A program made the translations under genes and the position numbers. The notes under the pieces are model-generated. The model was not told the DNA's origin and made no database searches. It was given only the letters and a program-made list of their open reading frames with translations. A stretch of DNA of 64,000 nucleotides from an uncultured Bdellovibrionales bacterium (GTDB taxonomy: Bacteria; Patescibacteriota; Minisyncoccia; Moranbacterales; UBA1568), in assembly GCA_964624415.1 (NCBI GenBank), contig CAZUWR010000001.1, positions 3,855-67,854 on the forward strand, given 5' to 3'. Positions 47,226-56,304 of this stretch are shown here, piece by piece; positions within the stretch are counted from its first letter, which is position 1; each line of letters begins with the position of its first letter.

Positions 47226-48836
47226 ATGAAAATATTGAGTGACCGCAAAATCATATACTATCTGTTGTTGGCTGGTGGCATAATCGCTACCAGCCTTTCG
47301 TACGCTTTTTTGAAAAGTGTTGATATTCAATCAAGCCTTACAAATGGAACGGAAAAAAAGAGCAGTGAACAATCTTTGTCAATCGTTTCTTTTATTACGC
47401 CCCATCATCTCGCTGCTAAAGAGTTTATGCATAAGATTTTTCATGATGTCAGCGATGCGGTCGGAGGTGATTCAATCGATCGTGTTATCTTGATAAGTCC
47501 GAATCATTTTAATATCGGAAAAAGTTGGGTGATCGGTTCTGAAAAAAGTTGGGAGACTCCCTTTGGTATGTTGTATGCGGATGCTGGTATGAGCAGTCAT
47601 CTTAAGGATGGGGTTTTTTTTGGCCAAGATATTTTTGAGCGTGAACATGGGATAAGGAATATCCTACCCTTCGTAAAAGAGTATTTTCCACAGGCTGCTG
47701 TAGTACCATTGGCTTTACGCGATGGATTTTCTGATGAAGGGGTAGATGCATTAGCACAAAGACTTGCACAATTATCAAGTCCGCATACGATCCTCATTGT
47801 TTCAGCTGACTTTTCTCATTACTTAGACTGGAATTTTTCTCGTTTTCATGATGCTAAAGCTAAAGAGATTCTCAGTCGTATGGATATGGATCATATCGGG
47901 TTACTGGACGTGGATTGCGCATCATGTTTGCGTGTCGCTATGCAATATTCAAGAATTCGCCATGCTGATCATTTTCAATTTGTTTCCCGATCGAGTTCTT
48001 TGGAGCTGGCTGGGTCAAATAGAGTCGGCGAAGAAACAAGTCATATAACCGGGTATTTTTCTTCGCAACTATCGCAGTCAGATGATGCATTGGATACAAC
48101 ACGTCTTCTGTTTTCCGGACAAGTCACACCGCAGGCCATGACTGAAAGTGCAAGAAGAATGTTTATGGGTCAAGATTTCAATATTTTTGAACAGGATGGC
48201 AGTATTGTATCGAATGTTTTCGATGACACTTCTTACAACTCGTCTTTGCATGTTTTGCAAAATTATTCACTGATGGATGATAAAGAATTATCTTCCGCAC
48301 GGATAATACACGGAAAACGGTTTGTGTTTGTTGATGCTGATATGCGAATTTCCGATGATGCCTCCGCGCAACGCGTATTGAATGAGGTGAGCGAGGCAAA
48401 ACAGCACAGTGATTTTGTGGTGGCTTTGTGGAGCAAAGATAAACAATCCCGAGGTTCTATGGGAAATGCTGACGCACAAAGGAAGCAGGCTCATGATCTT
48501 ATCGATGCAGGAGCGGATGTTGTGATTGGTTTGCGGGCTCAGAATTTTGAACCGATCGAGATATATAATAATAAAGCGATTTTTTCTTCTTTGGGCTATA
48601 ATGCCTCGCAGTGTAGGCTTTACAATCGTATGTGTGCAGGCGTGCAACTAGGGATAGGTTTTTCTTCGGATGCGATAGAATATGTTCTTATGCCCATTAT
48701 GAAGCAAAAAGATGGGCAAATTGTATTAGCAAAAAGTCCGGAAAGGGATATTATCCTTAAAAAGTTATCGGATACAAGGATCAGTAATTCGATGAAGCAA
48801 TCACTGCAAGAGGGGATGTTTACCTTACATAAATAG
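47226..48836 (+). CDS. Memo-like (AmmeMemoRadiSam protein B family) domain fused to a degenerate CapA/PGA_cap-like domain
   Basis: N-terminal half has Memo motifs (ITPHHLAAKEF, DRVILISPNH, SADFSHY); C-terminal half resembles CapA (LIDAGADVVIG...IFSSLGYN) but lacks the HWG/HHPH metal-binding histidines. Confidence 0.5.
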   Translation: MKILSDRKIIYYLLLAGGIIATSLSYAFLKSVDIQSSLTNGTEKKSSEQSLSIVSFITPHHLAAKEFMHKIFHDVSDAVGGDSIDRVILISPNHFNIGKSWVIGSEKSWETPFGMLYADAGMSSHLKDGVFFGQDIFEREHGIRNILPFVKEYFPQAAVVPLALRDGFSDEGVDALAQRLAQLSSPHTILIVSADFSHYLDWNFSRFHDAKAKEILSRMDMDHIGLLDVDCASCLRVAMQYSRIRHADHFQFVSRSSSLELAGSNRVGEETSHITGYFSSQLSQSDDALDTTRLLFSGQVTPQAMTESARRMFMGQDFNIFEQDGSIVSNVFDDTSYNSSLHVLQNYSLMDDKELSSARIIHGKRFVFVDADMRISDDASAQRVLNEVSEAKQHSDFVVALWSKDKQSRGSMGNADAQRKQAHDLIDAGADVVIGLRAQNFEPIEIYNNKAIFSSLGYNASQCRLYNRMCAGVQLGIGFSSDAIEYVLMPIMKQKDGQIVLAKSPERDIILKKLSDTRISNSMKQSLQEGMFTLHK

Positions 48837-48930
48837 CTTGTTTGGTTATAGTAGTTAAGTGCCCCTCTCAGTTTTTGAGTATAAAAATAGCGGCTCAACA
48901 TACACAATCGTATGTTTCGCCGCACTCATT

Positions 48931-49272
48931 TCAATCTTCGCAGATAGTTCGTTTATTGCATTGTCGCCATTGGAGCACACATTTTTCTAGAACATCCAAA
49001 TAGTGTCGGACACAAATACCCTTACCACCCGATTCCAGGTCTAAAGGATTGCCTCTGGTGACCTGAAAGCTATTATCGTCATCCGGCGTCTCATGACAGA
49101 TGATTTTACCTTTGACTACGACGTAGCAGGCACCGCCGCCCATCATACCAATGTATGGTCCTGGCACCTCGACGGTTTGCCCTGGCGGAATCGCAACATC
49201 TTCGCCGTATCCTACTCTGGTATCAAAGCAGAACGCGATGATTGCATAACCCGTGTTATTTGTGACTTGCAT
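48931..49272 (-). CDS. hypothetical protein
   Basis: 113-aa ORF; no family recognised. Confidence 0.3.
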   Translation of the reverse strand: MQVTNNTGYAIIAFCFDTRVGYGEDVAIPPGQTVEVPGPYIGMMGGGACYVVVKGKIICHETPDDDNSFQVTRGNPLDLESGGKGICVRHYLDVLEKCVLQWRQCNKRTICED

Positions 49273-49502
49273 CTGTATCTTCTCTGAAAATGTCGGTAAC
49301 TTTCCGACAGCGTATTGTAGGACAGTAAGCCTTCGATGTCAATATATGGGGTATAGCGTGTTTCGTTTGACAATAAGGAATGATTGGAGTACACTGGTGA
49401 ATAGAAAAGCCTGTGGGGGCTTTTTAAAAAACCCAAATTTCCATATTTCCGTAAAGTGGCTTATACAAGCATTTTATAGACATATCGGACCCAATACACG
49501 CT

Positions 49503-49691
49503 ATGAGCAACATCCTGAAGTTTATACAAGAAGCGAAAGTCGAGCTGATGAAGGTCACCTGGCCAAACAAGCAGCAGATCATCCAAAGCACGGTGCTGGT
49601 GGTCGGTTTGACCTTTGTGATGGCGGTTTTCCTCGGAGGACTGGACTATGGTTTTGGATATATTCTCAAATCATTTATCACCACAAAGTAG
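49503..49691 (+). CDS. secE: preprotein translocase subunit SecE
   Basis: 62 aa, a single TM helix and conserved KVTWP motif; immediately upstream of nusG. Confidence 0.75.
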   Translation: MSNILKFIQEAKVELMKVTWPNKQQIIQSTVLVVGLTFVMAVFLGGLDYGFGYILKSFITTK

Positions 49692-49748
49692 GACTTTTGA
49701 ATTTGGCACCTAATACATCGGTTTAAACATATTTTTAAATAACATCGT

Positions 49749-50294
49749 ATGGCAAAGCAAACTCAACATCACGGACGCGCCTGGTATGTGCTCCATACCT
49801 ATTCGGGATACGAGGACAATGTGTCCCGCAACCTCAAGCAGCGTATCGAATCTATGGATATGCAGGAGCTCATCTTCGATGTCATCGTCCCGAAGGAGAA
49901 GAAGATCAAGATCAAGGCGGGTAAGCGCACAGTGATCGAGGAGCGCATTTATCCGGGGTATGTGCTGGTGGATATGGTGGTGACGGACGCATCCTGGTAT
50001 GTGGTACGCAATACGCCAAATGTGACCGGTTTCATCGGACTGGGTACGACACCGACACCGGTAGACCCACGAGAAATCGAGCAGCTCAAGAAGCGTATGG
50101 GTGTGGAAGAGCCGAAGTACAAGATGGACGTCAAGCTCAATGATCCTGTCAAAATCACCGAAGGACCGTTCAAGAACTTCGAGGGCAAGATTCAGGAAGT
50201 GGACGAAGAGCGAGGCAAGGTTAAAGTGTTGGTTTCCTTGTTCGGACGTGAGACACCGGTTGAATTGGACTTCCTCCAGATTAAAAAGGTGTAA
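49749..50294 (+). CDS. nusG: transcription termination/antitermination factor NusG
   Basis: NGN domain AWYVLHTYSGYE and a C-terminal KOW domain. Confidence 0.9.
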   Translation: MAKQTQHHGRAWYVLHTYSGYEDNVSRNLKQRIESMDMQELIFDVIVPKEKKIKIKAGKRTVIEERIYPGYVLVDMVVTDASWYVVRNTPNVTGFIGLGTTPTPVDPREIEQLKKRMGVEEPKYKMDVKLNDPVKITEGPFKNFEGKIQEVDEERGKVKVLVSLFGRETPVELDFLQIKKV

Positions 50295-50339
50295 TGACAG
50301 TATTTCAGGTATAATAAGGTTTGCTAAAGAATTAAAGTT

Positions 50340-50765
50340 ATGGCGAAGAAAATCAAGACGATTATCAAGTTGCAAATCCAGGGCGGAAAGGCGAATCCAG
50401 CTCCTCCAGTCGGACCAGCACTCGGTCAGCACGGTCTCAATATCCAGGATTTTTGCGCGAAGTTCAATGACGCGACCCGGGATAAGATGGGCGATGTGAT
50501 TCCTGCAGAAATCACCGTATACGATGATCGCACTTTCACGTTCGTACTCAAGACTCCTCCTGCTGCTGAGCTGCTCAAGAAGGCTGCCAAGGCAACTAAG
50601 GGTGCTGCTAATCCGCTCAAAGAAAAGGTGGGAACGGTTACAACAGAGCAGTTGCGAGAAATCGCGGAGACCAAGATGGAGGATTTGAACGCGAACGATG
50701 TGGATATGGCGATGCGAATCGTCGCCGGAACTGCCCGTTCGATGGGTATTAAGGTAAGCGAGTAG
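50340..50765 (+). CDS. rplK: 50S ribosomal protein L11
   Basis: [33 protein letters not shown]-terminus. Confidence 0.9.
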   Translation: MAKKIKTIIKLQIQGGKANPAPPVGPALGQHGLNIQDFCAKFNDATRDKMGDVIPAEITVYDDRTFTFVLKTPPAAELLKKAAKATKGAANPLKEKVGTVTTEQLREIAETKMEDLNANDVDMAMRIVAGTARSMGIKVSE

Positions 50766-50793
50766 TTTTTGTAAGTAATTTTCTTGTGAAAAA

Positions 50794-50846
50794 GATTTTT
50801 TCATGACCACATGTGTACTCACATCGGTCTGGAAAAAATACTTTTT
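50794..50846. repeat. copy R2 of the approximately 50-nt hairpin element
   Basis: TTTTTTCATGACC-ACATGTG-TACT-CACAT-CGGTCTGGAAAAAA; inner stem differs from R1 by paired substitutions (GCG/CGC to GTG/CAC). Confidence 0.4.
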
Positions 50847-50942
50847 TAGCAAGAAAATAGCAACATTAAATATTGAGGAAGAGATTAATTTTTATCACAG
50901 TGGGAGCTTCGTTCGGCGAGGCGTCTGTACCACAACAAACAT

Positions 50943-51632
50943 ATGATACGAGGAAAAAAATACCGCGCAGCCGTTGAGAAGATCGAGAAGGAAAAAGACT
51001 ATTCTTTGGAAGAAGCTTTGACTTTCGTGAAGAGCAATGTGCTTGCAAAATTCGACGAGTCTGTTGAAGTGCACTTTAAGCTCGGCATCAACCCAAGCAA
51101 GGGTGAGGAGCAGGTCCGCTCTACCGCTATTTTGCCGCACGGTGTCGGACGATCCAAGAAGGTGGCCGTCATCACGACGACCAAGATGTCTGAGGCCAAG
51201 GAGGCTGGCGCCGATCTGATCGGTGGCGAAGAATTGATCGAGGATATCAAAAACGGGAAAGTGGTCGCCGGTGTCGATTTTGATATCGTTGTGGCTACTC
51301 CGGAAGCGATGCCGAAGCTCGCGAGTGTCGCGAAAATCCTCGGACCGAAAGGTTTGATGCCGAACCCGAAGACGGAAACGGTGACGACCAAGGTCAAGGA
51401 CGTCGTGGATGCCTTGAAGAAGGGAAGTAAGGTAAGCTTCAAAAACGACAAGAGCGGAAACATCCATCAGGTGATCGGTAAGCTTTCATTTGATGTCGCG
51501 CAGCTCAAAGACAATTATCAGGCAGTATTCGATGTTCTGCAAAAAGCCAAGCCCGAGACGATGAAGGGTTGCTATATCCAGTCTATCGCTCTGTGCTCGA
51601 CTATGGGACCGGCTGTCAAAATCAAGGCGTAA
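50943..51632 (+). CDS. rplA: 50S ribosomal protein L1
   Basis: 229 aa; conserved L1 motifs. Confidence 0.9.
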   Translation: MIRGKKYRAAVEKIEKEKDYSLEEALTFVKSNVLAKFDESVEVHFKLGINPSKGEEQVRSTAILPHGVGRSKKVAVITTTKMSEAKEAGADLIGGEELIEDIKNGKVVAGVDFDIVVATPEAMPKLASVAKILGPKGLMPNPKTETVTTKVKDVVDALKKGSKVSFKNDKSGNIHQVIGKLSFDVAQLKDNYQAVFDVLQKAKPETMKGCYIQSIALCSTMGPAVKIKA

Positions 51633-51642
51633 CGTTTGGCGC

Positions 51643-51663
51643 TGTCATACTGAGCGTAGTCGA
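51643..51663 (-). repeat. dispersed repeat, copy 3 (inverted, 20/21 core)
   Basis: TGTCATACTGAGCGTAGTCGA just after rplA; reverse complement of the 41708 and 59189 core with one mismatch. Confidence 0.45.
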
Positions 51664-51748
51664 CCGCGTGTCGCCTTTAGCTTTAGCGGTGGCACAAGGA
51701 TCTTAAGTTGATAGAAGATGTCAAAATGAATTCGGCATGACAGACAAG

Positions 51749-51775
51749 AATCGCTCTTTTGGGAGCGGTTTTTTG
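51749..51775 (+). terminator. intrinsic terminator downstream of rplA
   Basis: ATCGCTC-TTTTGG-GAGCGGT followed by a T6 run. Confidence 0.5.
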
Positions 51776-51804
51776 TTGACAATCAAGTGATAGTGGGTAA
51801 TAAT
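51776..51804 (+). promoter_or_regulatory. sigma-70 promoter
   Basis: TTGACA, 17 nt, AATAAT, directly after the terminator. Confidence 0.4.
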
Positions 51805-51863
51805 GGAATATCCATTCGTGGATAGGCAGACAGTTATTTTCAAATTAAATAGAGGGGGATGAT

Positions 51864-52190
51864 ATGGATGATAGATTATCTGAGGAAATAGTGTCTCATA
51901 AAGAGTGCCAGCGATTGTTCTACGAAGCTATTTTACGGGTCTTGGGAGAAAAACAGGTAAACAGACTTTCCTATACGGAAGTCCAGAGAATATTTGTAGA
52001 AAGTGGTTTTTGTAAGATATCTGGACATAGGGGCTCTCAGTTGGCGATTGTTTTATATGCCGGAAAAGTTTCAAGAAGTCGCAAGAAGGTATATTTTGAA
52101 GAACTGGGTATATGCGAACGCGCATATACCTTTAATGTGGCGATAATTCGTCAAAAACTTGAAATTGAGGAGATACAAAATGAAAAATAA
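51864..52190 (+). CDS. hypothetical protein
   Basis: 108 aa, AT-rich; stop overlaps the start of the next gene. Confidence 0.4.
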   Translation: MDDRLSEEIVSHKECQRLFYEAILRVLGEKQVNRLSYTEVQRIFVESGFCKISGHRGSQLAIVLYAGKVSRSRKKVYFEELGICERAYTFNVAIIRQKLEIEEIQNEK

Positions 52191-52947
52191 TCCATATATC
52201 GGAGTAACTGGTTTTATGCAGAGAGGGGAAGTGGATGCAGTTCTCCAATCTGTTCCCGAAGAAGCGAAGCGATGGCTGATGATCGGCGTCCTGGTCAGCT
52301 CCAAAACGCTCGATGGTGTTCCGAATAAGTGGCCGGGAAGATATCCGAGTGTCGATACGATTGCAGGAATTTTTCACGAACATCCGGCGGCGTTTAATCT
52401 CGTCCATTTTTCTACCGATACGCCCGAGCGATTGCTTGAGCAGATGGTGAGAATTACAGAATTGGGTGGCGAGCATTTCCATGGCTTTCAGTTGAATATG
52501 AAATGGCCGGATTCTGGAATTATCCGTAGATATAAGGATGAGTTCCCTGATAAAGCTATCGTGCTTCAATGCGGTCACTCGGCCTTGAAGGCGGTTGGTT
52601 TTAATCCATCACGACTTTCTGCGGCGGTGAGAAATTACGAGGGTATCTGCGACTATGTACTCATTGATCTTAGTGGCGGCCTTGGAAAACCGCTGGATGT
52701 TTATGATAGTGCCCGGTACTTGGCCTATTTGAATGTTGATATCTCGATGAATCTGGGAATTGCCGGTGGATTGAACGCGGATACGCTTACCGAATTGTTT
52801 GTGCCGATTGCGAGGGCATTTCCAAATATAAGTATAGATGCGGAGGGGAAGCTTCGTACTGATACTGACAATCTCGATATTCAAAAGGCAAAAGCCTTTG
52901 TCTCTTCTGCTTATGATATTTGTAGCAAGTATGATGATGAATTCTAA
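52180..52947 (+). CDS. TrpF-like TIM-barrel protein (phosphoribosylanthranilate isomerase family)
   Basis: YIGVTGF (compare KICGIT), VLIDLSGGLGKPLD (compare LLDS.GGTGK.FDW) and IAGGLNADTL (compare LAGGLNPENV); start at MKNNPY preceded by a GAGGAG SD. Confidence 0.4.
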   Translation: MKNNPYIGVTGFMQRGEVDAVLQSVPEEAKRWLMIGVLVSSKTLDGVPNKWPGRYPSVDTIAGIFHEHPAAFNLVHFSTDTPERLLEQMVRITELGGEHFHGFQLNMKWPDSGIIRRYKDEFPDKAIVLQCGHSALKAVGFNPSRLSAAVRNYEGICDYVLIDLSGGLGKPLDVYDSARYLAYLNVDISMNLGIAGGLNADTLTELFVPIARAFPNISIDAEGKLRTDTDNLDIQKAKAFVSSAYDICSKYDDEF

Positions 52948-53125
52948 ATAGCTGCCAATGAGCGGTACGGTCGAAAGCGAGGTGTCTTATATAAGCACCT
53001 TGCTTTTTTCTTTCTACTCGAAAGTGAGAGCATCTTTTCGCCTGATGAGGGCGGTTTTTTGTTTTGTCCGGATATGATACAATAGGTGAGTAGAGTCAAA
53101 TATAAGCCTTTAAAGAGATACTGCT

Positions 53126-53806
53126 ATGGCGCATTTTGAGATAGAAATCAAAAGTTTACTGGGTGATGTGGCTAATGCCGACGCTTTTCGCGAGAAGCTT
53201 TTCGCCTTGCCGGACGGCGCGAAATTGAAAGGGAAAAACTCCCAATTGAATCACTACTTCATCCTGGACGATGCTCAGACATTGCTTGATGCCGTGGCGC
53301 ATTTTTTTTCCGAGGAACATCAGGCGAGTTTGAAAAAAGTTTTGCTAGAAGGAAAGAAGCATTCTATTCGGACACGCGAAGTCGATGGGAAAGTCCTGCT
53401 CGTCGTGAAAGCATCCATTGGTGATGATGGATCGAGCTCGAACGGCATATCGAGAATGGAATTTGAGCAGGAAGTCCCGGGCGTTTCTTTGGTGGCATTG
53501 GACGAGGTGCTCTTGAAGGCTGGTCTGAAGTATCAGGCGAAGTGGTCTCGGGAGCGCGAGGAATACACGCTGGGCGATGTGTCTGTGTGTCTGGATAAGA
53601 ATGCCGGCTACGGGTATCTGGTCGAATTTGAGAAGGTGATCCACGATGCGAGCGAAGCGGAGGAGACAAAGCGATCGCTCTTTGAGTTGATGGAGAAGCT
53701 TGATGTCGAAGAATTACCGCAGGATCGATTGGAGAGGATGTTCGCCCATTACAATGCGCACTGGGATGAATACTACGGGACAGATAATGTGTTTACTATA
53801 GAATAA
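53126..53806 (+). CDS. CYTH-domain (triphosphate tunnel metalloenzyme) protein
   Basis: N-terminal EIEIK motif diagnostic of CYTH/CyaB-like proteins; 226 aa. Confidence 0.5.
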   Translation: MAHFEIEIKSLLGDVANADAFREKLFALPDGAKLKGKNSQLNHYFILDDAQTLLDAVAHFFSEEHQASLKKVLLEGKKHSIRTREVDGKVLLVVKASIGDDGSSSNGISRMEFEQEVPGVSLVALDEVLLKAGLKYQAKWSREREEYTLGDVSVCLDKNAGYGYLVEFEKVIHDASEAEETKRSLFELMEKLDVEELPQDRLERMFAHYNAHWDEYYGTDNVFTIE

Positions 53807-53834
53807 ACAATAAATCATTTATTACAGTACGACT

Positions 53835-54398
53835 ATGTTTCTTTCGGATATCGATATACGCAAAGCGGTTGAGGATGGACGGATAACTATCAAGGATTTC
53901 GATGAGACGCGGTTGCAGCCGGCCAGTTACGATGTGCTCTTGGGGAATAAGTTTGTGATCACCGATGCTCACTCTACGGAGGCGATCGATCCAGTGAAAA
54001 AGGTTTTTCCCAAGACACGGGAGATTATCGTGGAGGACGGCGAGAGTTTCGTGCTGCATCCGCATATGTCGGTGCTCGGTACGCTCAAAGACTATGTCGG
54101 CACAAAAGAATTCCTCATTCAGCTGTCGGGCAAGAGCAGCTTGGCGCGTATAGGCCTGGCGGTGCACAATACGGCTGGCATCATCAATCCGGGTCATTTC
54201 CTGCATATGACGCTCGAGCTCGCCAATTTCAATACCGTGCCGATTATTTTGCGGCCTGGTATGCCGATCGCGCAGTTCACTTTCTCGGAACTGACGCATT
54301 CGGTGCAGCACGATTACAGCGAGGTCGGTCGGTTTAACGGCGATAACTGGAAAAAGAATTTCGCCCCTCCGAAGAAAAGAAAAGCCGTCAAAAAATAA
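53835..54398 (+). CDS. dcd: dCTP deaminase (dUTPase superfamily)
   Basis: 187 aa; trimeric dUTPase-fold motifs (GKSSLARIGL, IINPGH). Confidence 0.75.
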   Translation: MFLSDIDIRKAVEDGRITIKDFDETRLQPASYDVLLGNKFVITDAHSTEAIDPVKKVFPKTREIIVEDGESFVLHPHMSVLGTLKDYVGTKEFLIQLSGKSSLARIGLAVHNTAGIINPGHFLHMTLELANFNTVPIILRPGMPIAQFTFSELTHSVQHDYSEVGRFNGDNWKKNFAPPKKRKAVKK

Positions 54399-54417
54399 CT
54401 GATTTTCAAACACCATT

Positions 54418-55413
54418 ATGACTCCAAATAAACATCCTGAGCAGCAGTATCTGGATCTGTTGCAAGACATTCTCGACAATGGCATCAAACAGACGGATAA
54501 AGGCACGGGCGATGTGACATACAGCGTCTTTGGTCGGCAGATCCGATTCGATTTGAAAGACGGGTTCCCATTGCTCACAACCAAGAAAGTGTATTGGAAG
54601 GGTGTGCTGCATGAGTTGTATTGGTTCTTGTCAGGACAATCGAATGTGGAATACCTCATCGATAACGATGTGCATATTTGGGATGATTATCCATACAAGA
54701 TATATCGTGAGCGTGTGCTCAAAGAGGGTTTGCAAGAAATGACCAAAGAGGAATTTGTGGAGAAGGTAAAGACTGACGATGTGTTTGCAGAGAAGTATGG
54801 CACTCTGAAGCATATCTACGGTGAAATGTGGCGGCACTGGCCAGCTAAGGACGGCCGCGGAATCGACCAGCTTCGTTGGGCGGTCAACGAAATCACACAG
54901 GATCCGGATTGTCACAATGCTATTGTGAATTCATGGAATCCTGAATACTTGTACGCGATGGCAAAACCGGAAGAAGCATCGCGATTCCCGATCTGCCACA
55001 GTATGTATCAGCTCAATGTCAAAGATGGCAAAGTATCGCTTCAACTCTATCAACGATCGGCTGATATGTTTTTGGGTGTGCCGTTCAATATCGCCAGCTA
55101 TGCTTTGCTTGTATTGATTATTGCGCGAGCGACAGGTTATGAGCCTGGGGAATTCATCCACACGTTTGGGGATGTGCATATTTACGGTGATCATATCGAG
55201 CAGGTAAAAGAACAATTGGCGCGCAATCCTCATCCGTTTCCAACAGTAAATATCAGTGAAGACGTGAAAGATATCGATGACTTCCGACCTGAACACGCTA
55301 CGCTTTCGAACTATGTCTCGCATGACCCTATCAAAGCGAAGCTTGCCGCAGTGGGTGGTGTGACGACCGATGACTGGAAGCAGCATGTTGGTAAGAAAGA
55401 TAAAAATGCCTAA
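54418..55413 (+). CDS. thyA: thymidylate synthase (long form with insertions)
   Basis: active-site region CHSMYQLNV and DMFLGVPFNIASYALL; 331 aa. Confidence 0.85.
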   Translation: MTPNKHPEQQYLDLLQDILDNGIKQTDKGTGDVTYSVFGRQIRFDLKDGFPLLTTKKVYWKGVLHELYWFLSGQSNVEYLIDNDVHIWDDYPYKIYRERVLKEGLQEMTKEEFVEKVKTDDVFAEKYGTLKHIYGEMWRHWPAKDGRGIDQLRWAVNEITQDPDCHNAIVNSWNPEYLYAMAKPEEASRFPICHSMYQLNVKDGKVSLQLYQRSADMFLGVPFNIASYALLVLIIARATGYEPGEFIHTFGDVHIYGDHIEQVKEQLARNPHPFPTVNISEDVKDIDDFRPEHATLSNYVSHDPIKAKLAAVGGVTTDDWKQHVGKKDKNA

Positions 55414-55434
55414 GTTTGTATCAAAAGAACCTCT

Positions 55435-55929
55435 ATGAGACTTTCTATCATCGCCGCCATCGGCAAGCATCGCGAACTGGGCAAAAACAATGCGCTTCTG
55501 TGGGATATACCCGAGGATATGCGTCATTTTCGCGAGCTCACCACCGGGCATACGGTGCTGATGGGGCAGAAGACCTATGAATCCATCGGAAGGCCTCTGC
55601 CGAATCGCCGCAATATCATCCTGACGATAGACAAAAGTTTCACGGCCGAGGGGTGCATCATTTGCTATTCGCTGGAAGAAGCCTTGGCGAAAGCGCGGGA
55701 AATTGAGCCGGAAGAGGCGTTTGTTATCGGCGGAGGCTCAGTCTATGCGCAGGCGCTCCCTTTCGCGGAGAGACTGTACCTGACCCTGGTGGATGGTACA
55801 TTCGAAGCAGATGTCTTTTTCCCTTATTACAAAGCCTTTTCTCGGGTTATCGAGCGCAGGGATGGTGGTGATGAGAATTATAAGTATTCCTTTATTGTAT
55901 TGGAAAAGGTGGTTAAAGATTGTAAATAA
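55435..55929 (+). CDS. folA: dihydrofolate reductase
   Basis: IAAIGKHRELGKNNALLW and VLMGQKTYESIG motifs; 164 aa; 21 nt after thyA. Confidence 0.85.
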   Translation: MRLSIIAAIGKHRELGKNNALLWDIPEDMRHFRELTTGHTVLMGQKTYESIGRPLPNRRNIILTIDKSFTAEGCIICYSLEEALAKAREIEPEEAFVIGGGSVYAQALPFAERLYLTLVDGTFEADVFFPYYKAFSRVIERRDGGDENYKYSFIVLEKVVKDCK

Positions 55930-55953
55930 GCTCTAGTTGTGATATTTTAGGAA

Positions 55954-56277
55954 GTGAAGACCCTGTTAAATTTGAGGTGTATATGTATGGGAGAATTGGT
56001 TTGGAGAAGAATTATTGTTATATCATTGGTGAGTGTGATTATAGGTGGTTTTGCCGAAATCATTCTTATGCCAGTATTTTATAGGATCAGCTACTCTTTT
56101 GGTGGAGTGACCATGTTTTATTTTCCAGTTATTGCGAGTATACTTGGCGCTGTCATCTTATCATGCAGGAAGACTGATCGACACCGCATTCTTACTGGTA
56201 TCGTAACCTTTCTCATTTCGATCGCACTATTTTTTTTGTCTTTTCCTATCCTTTGGTATCTTTATTTTGGACTTTAG
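55954..56277 (+). CDS. hypothetical small membrane protein (3 TM)
   Basis: 107-aa hydrophobic ORF. Confidence 0.35.
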   Translation: MKTLLNLRCICMGELVWRRIIVISLVSVIIGGFAEIILMPVFYRISYSFGGVTMFYFPVIASILGAVILSCRKTDRHRILTGIVTFLISIALFFLSFPILWYLYFGL

Positions 56278-56304
56278 TTTTATTAAGCTGTTATCTGAAC
56301 TTTT

